Below, in pieces: positions 63,851-64,000 of a DNA stretch of 64,000 nucleotides; the stretch's first letter is position 1, and each line of letters opens with the position of its first letter. The notes beneath the pieces were generated by a model. The model was given only the letters and a program-made list of their open reading frames with translations. It did no database searches and had not been told where the DNA came from. The stretch spans positions 460 through 64,459 of the forward strand of contig JAEESG010000001.1 of the NCBI GenBank assembly GCA_016286245.1. The letters run 5' to 3'. A program made the translations under genes and the position numbers. The DNA is from Clostridiales bacterium (GTDB lineage: Bacteria; Bacillota; Clostridia; Oscillospirales; CAG-382).

Positions 63851-64000
63851 GAATACGCCGAAAAACCCGACGCTGTTTTTGGAAAAGAGAAAACTTTCAG
63901 CGAAAATTCCGCGCCGTGATGTTTTTCGGCGGCTGCAAAAGCACATTTTTTTCGAAGTTTCACTTTGCACCCGTCGAAAAAAATCTGCTCGGCTACACGT

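Noticed and set aside
63596-63970. ORFs at 63596-63919 (+, 107 aa), 63731-63970 (-) and 63781-63963 (-) in the terminal non-coding region.
   Set aside because: They are translations of the hairpin repeats, giving K/R/E-rich strings such as KRKRGKE. They have no RBS, and the same DNA occurs in both orientations at other loci. I treat the region as non-coding repeat DNA.
1-64000. Mobile elements, prophage, defence islands, toxin-antitoxin pairs and biosynthetic gene clusters.
   Set aside because: I found no transposase, integrase, phage structural, cas, restriction-modification, Abi, retron RT, NRPS/PKS or RiPP precursor/maturase signatures in any frame. The window is core-genome-like apart from the giant gene and the dispersed repeats.

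Overview
This window reads as a chromosomal segment of a spore-forming Firmicute of the Clostridia type. Supporting signals are GGAGG ribosome-binding sites, TTGACA/TATAAT promoters, spoIIR, a PASTA kinase, sdpRI, and a def-fmt-rsmB-rlmN-stp-prkC-rsgA block. I support 56 protein genes, one of them a 31-codon ORF absent from the ORF track, plus one tRNA-Ala(CGC).

Most of the window is tightly packed housekeeping:
- a sulfur and Fe-S block: Rrf2 regulator, nifS, nifU, mnmA, a LysR regulator, metY, cysK
- pgk-tpiA and asnA
- yicC-remA-gmk-rpoZ-priA-def-fmt-rsmB-rlmN-stp-prkC-rsgA
- cell-wall enzymes: an M23 peptidase, an LCP-like protein, a class B PBP, an NlpC/P60 peptidase
- sporulation-linked genes: spoIIR, an M50 protease, a PRK06851-like ATPase, a tiny TM peptide
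- addB
- a cell-wall polysaccharide cluster with a GT4-CsaB fusion
- ispE, greA, hisS-aspS

I found no transposase, integrase, prophage, CRISPR/cas, or recognisable defence or toxin system, and I cannot point to a coherent new multi-gene system.

Four things do not look ordinary:
1. A 2,904-aa N-terminally anchored giant protein (276-8990). Its first ~520 residues are about 20% cysteine in CXXC arrays, including four tandem 11-14-Cys modules.
2. A 53-bp perfect direct repeat that brackets that gene exactly 8,990 bp apart.
3. A family of hairpin-forming, REP/BIME-like intergenic repeats at three loci (1-150, 9045-9190, 63648-63850). The stems differ between copies by compensatory changes.
4. 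A four-gene membrane/secreted-protein operon of unknown function (16169-18392).

Several ORF-track calls carry spurious 5' extensions and are trimmed here. The many long antisense ORFs are treated as shadows of real genes.
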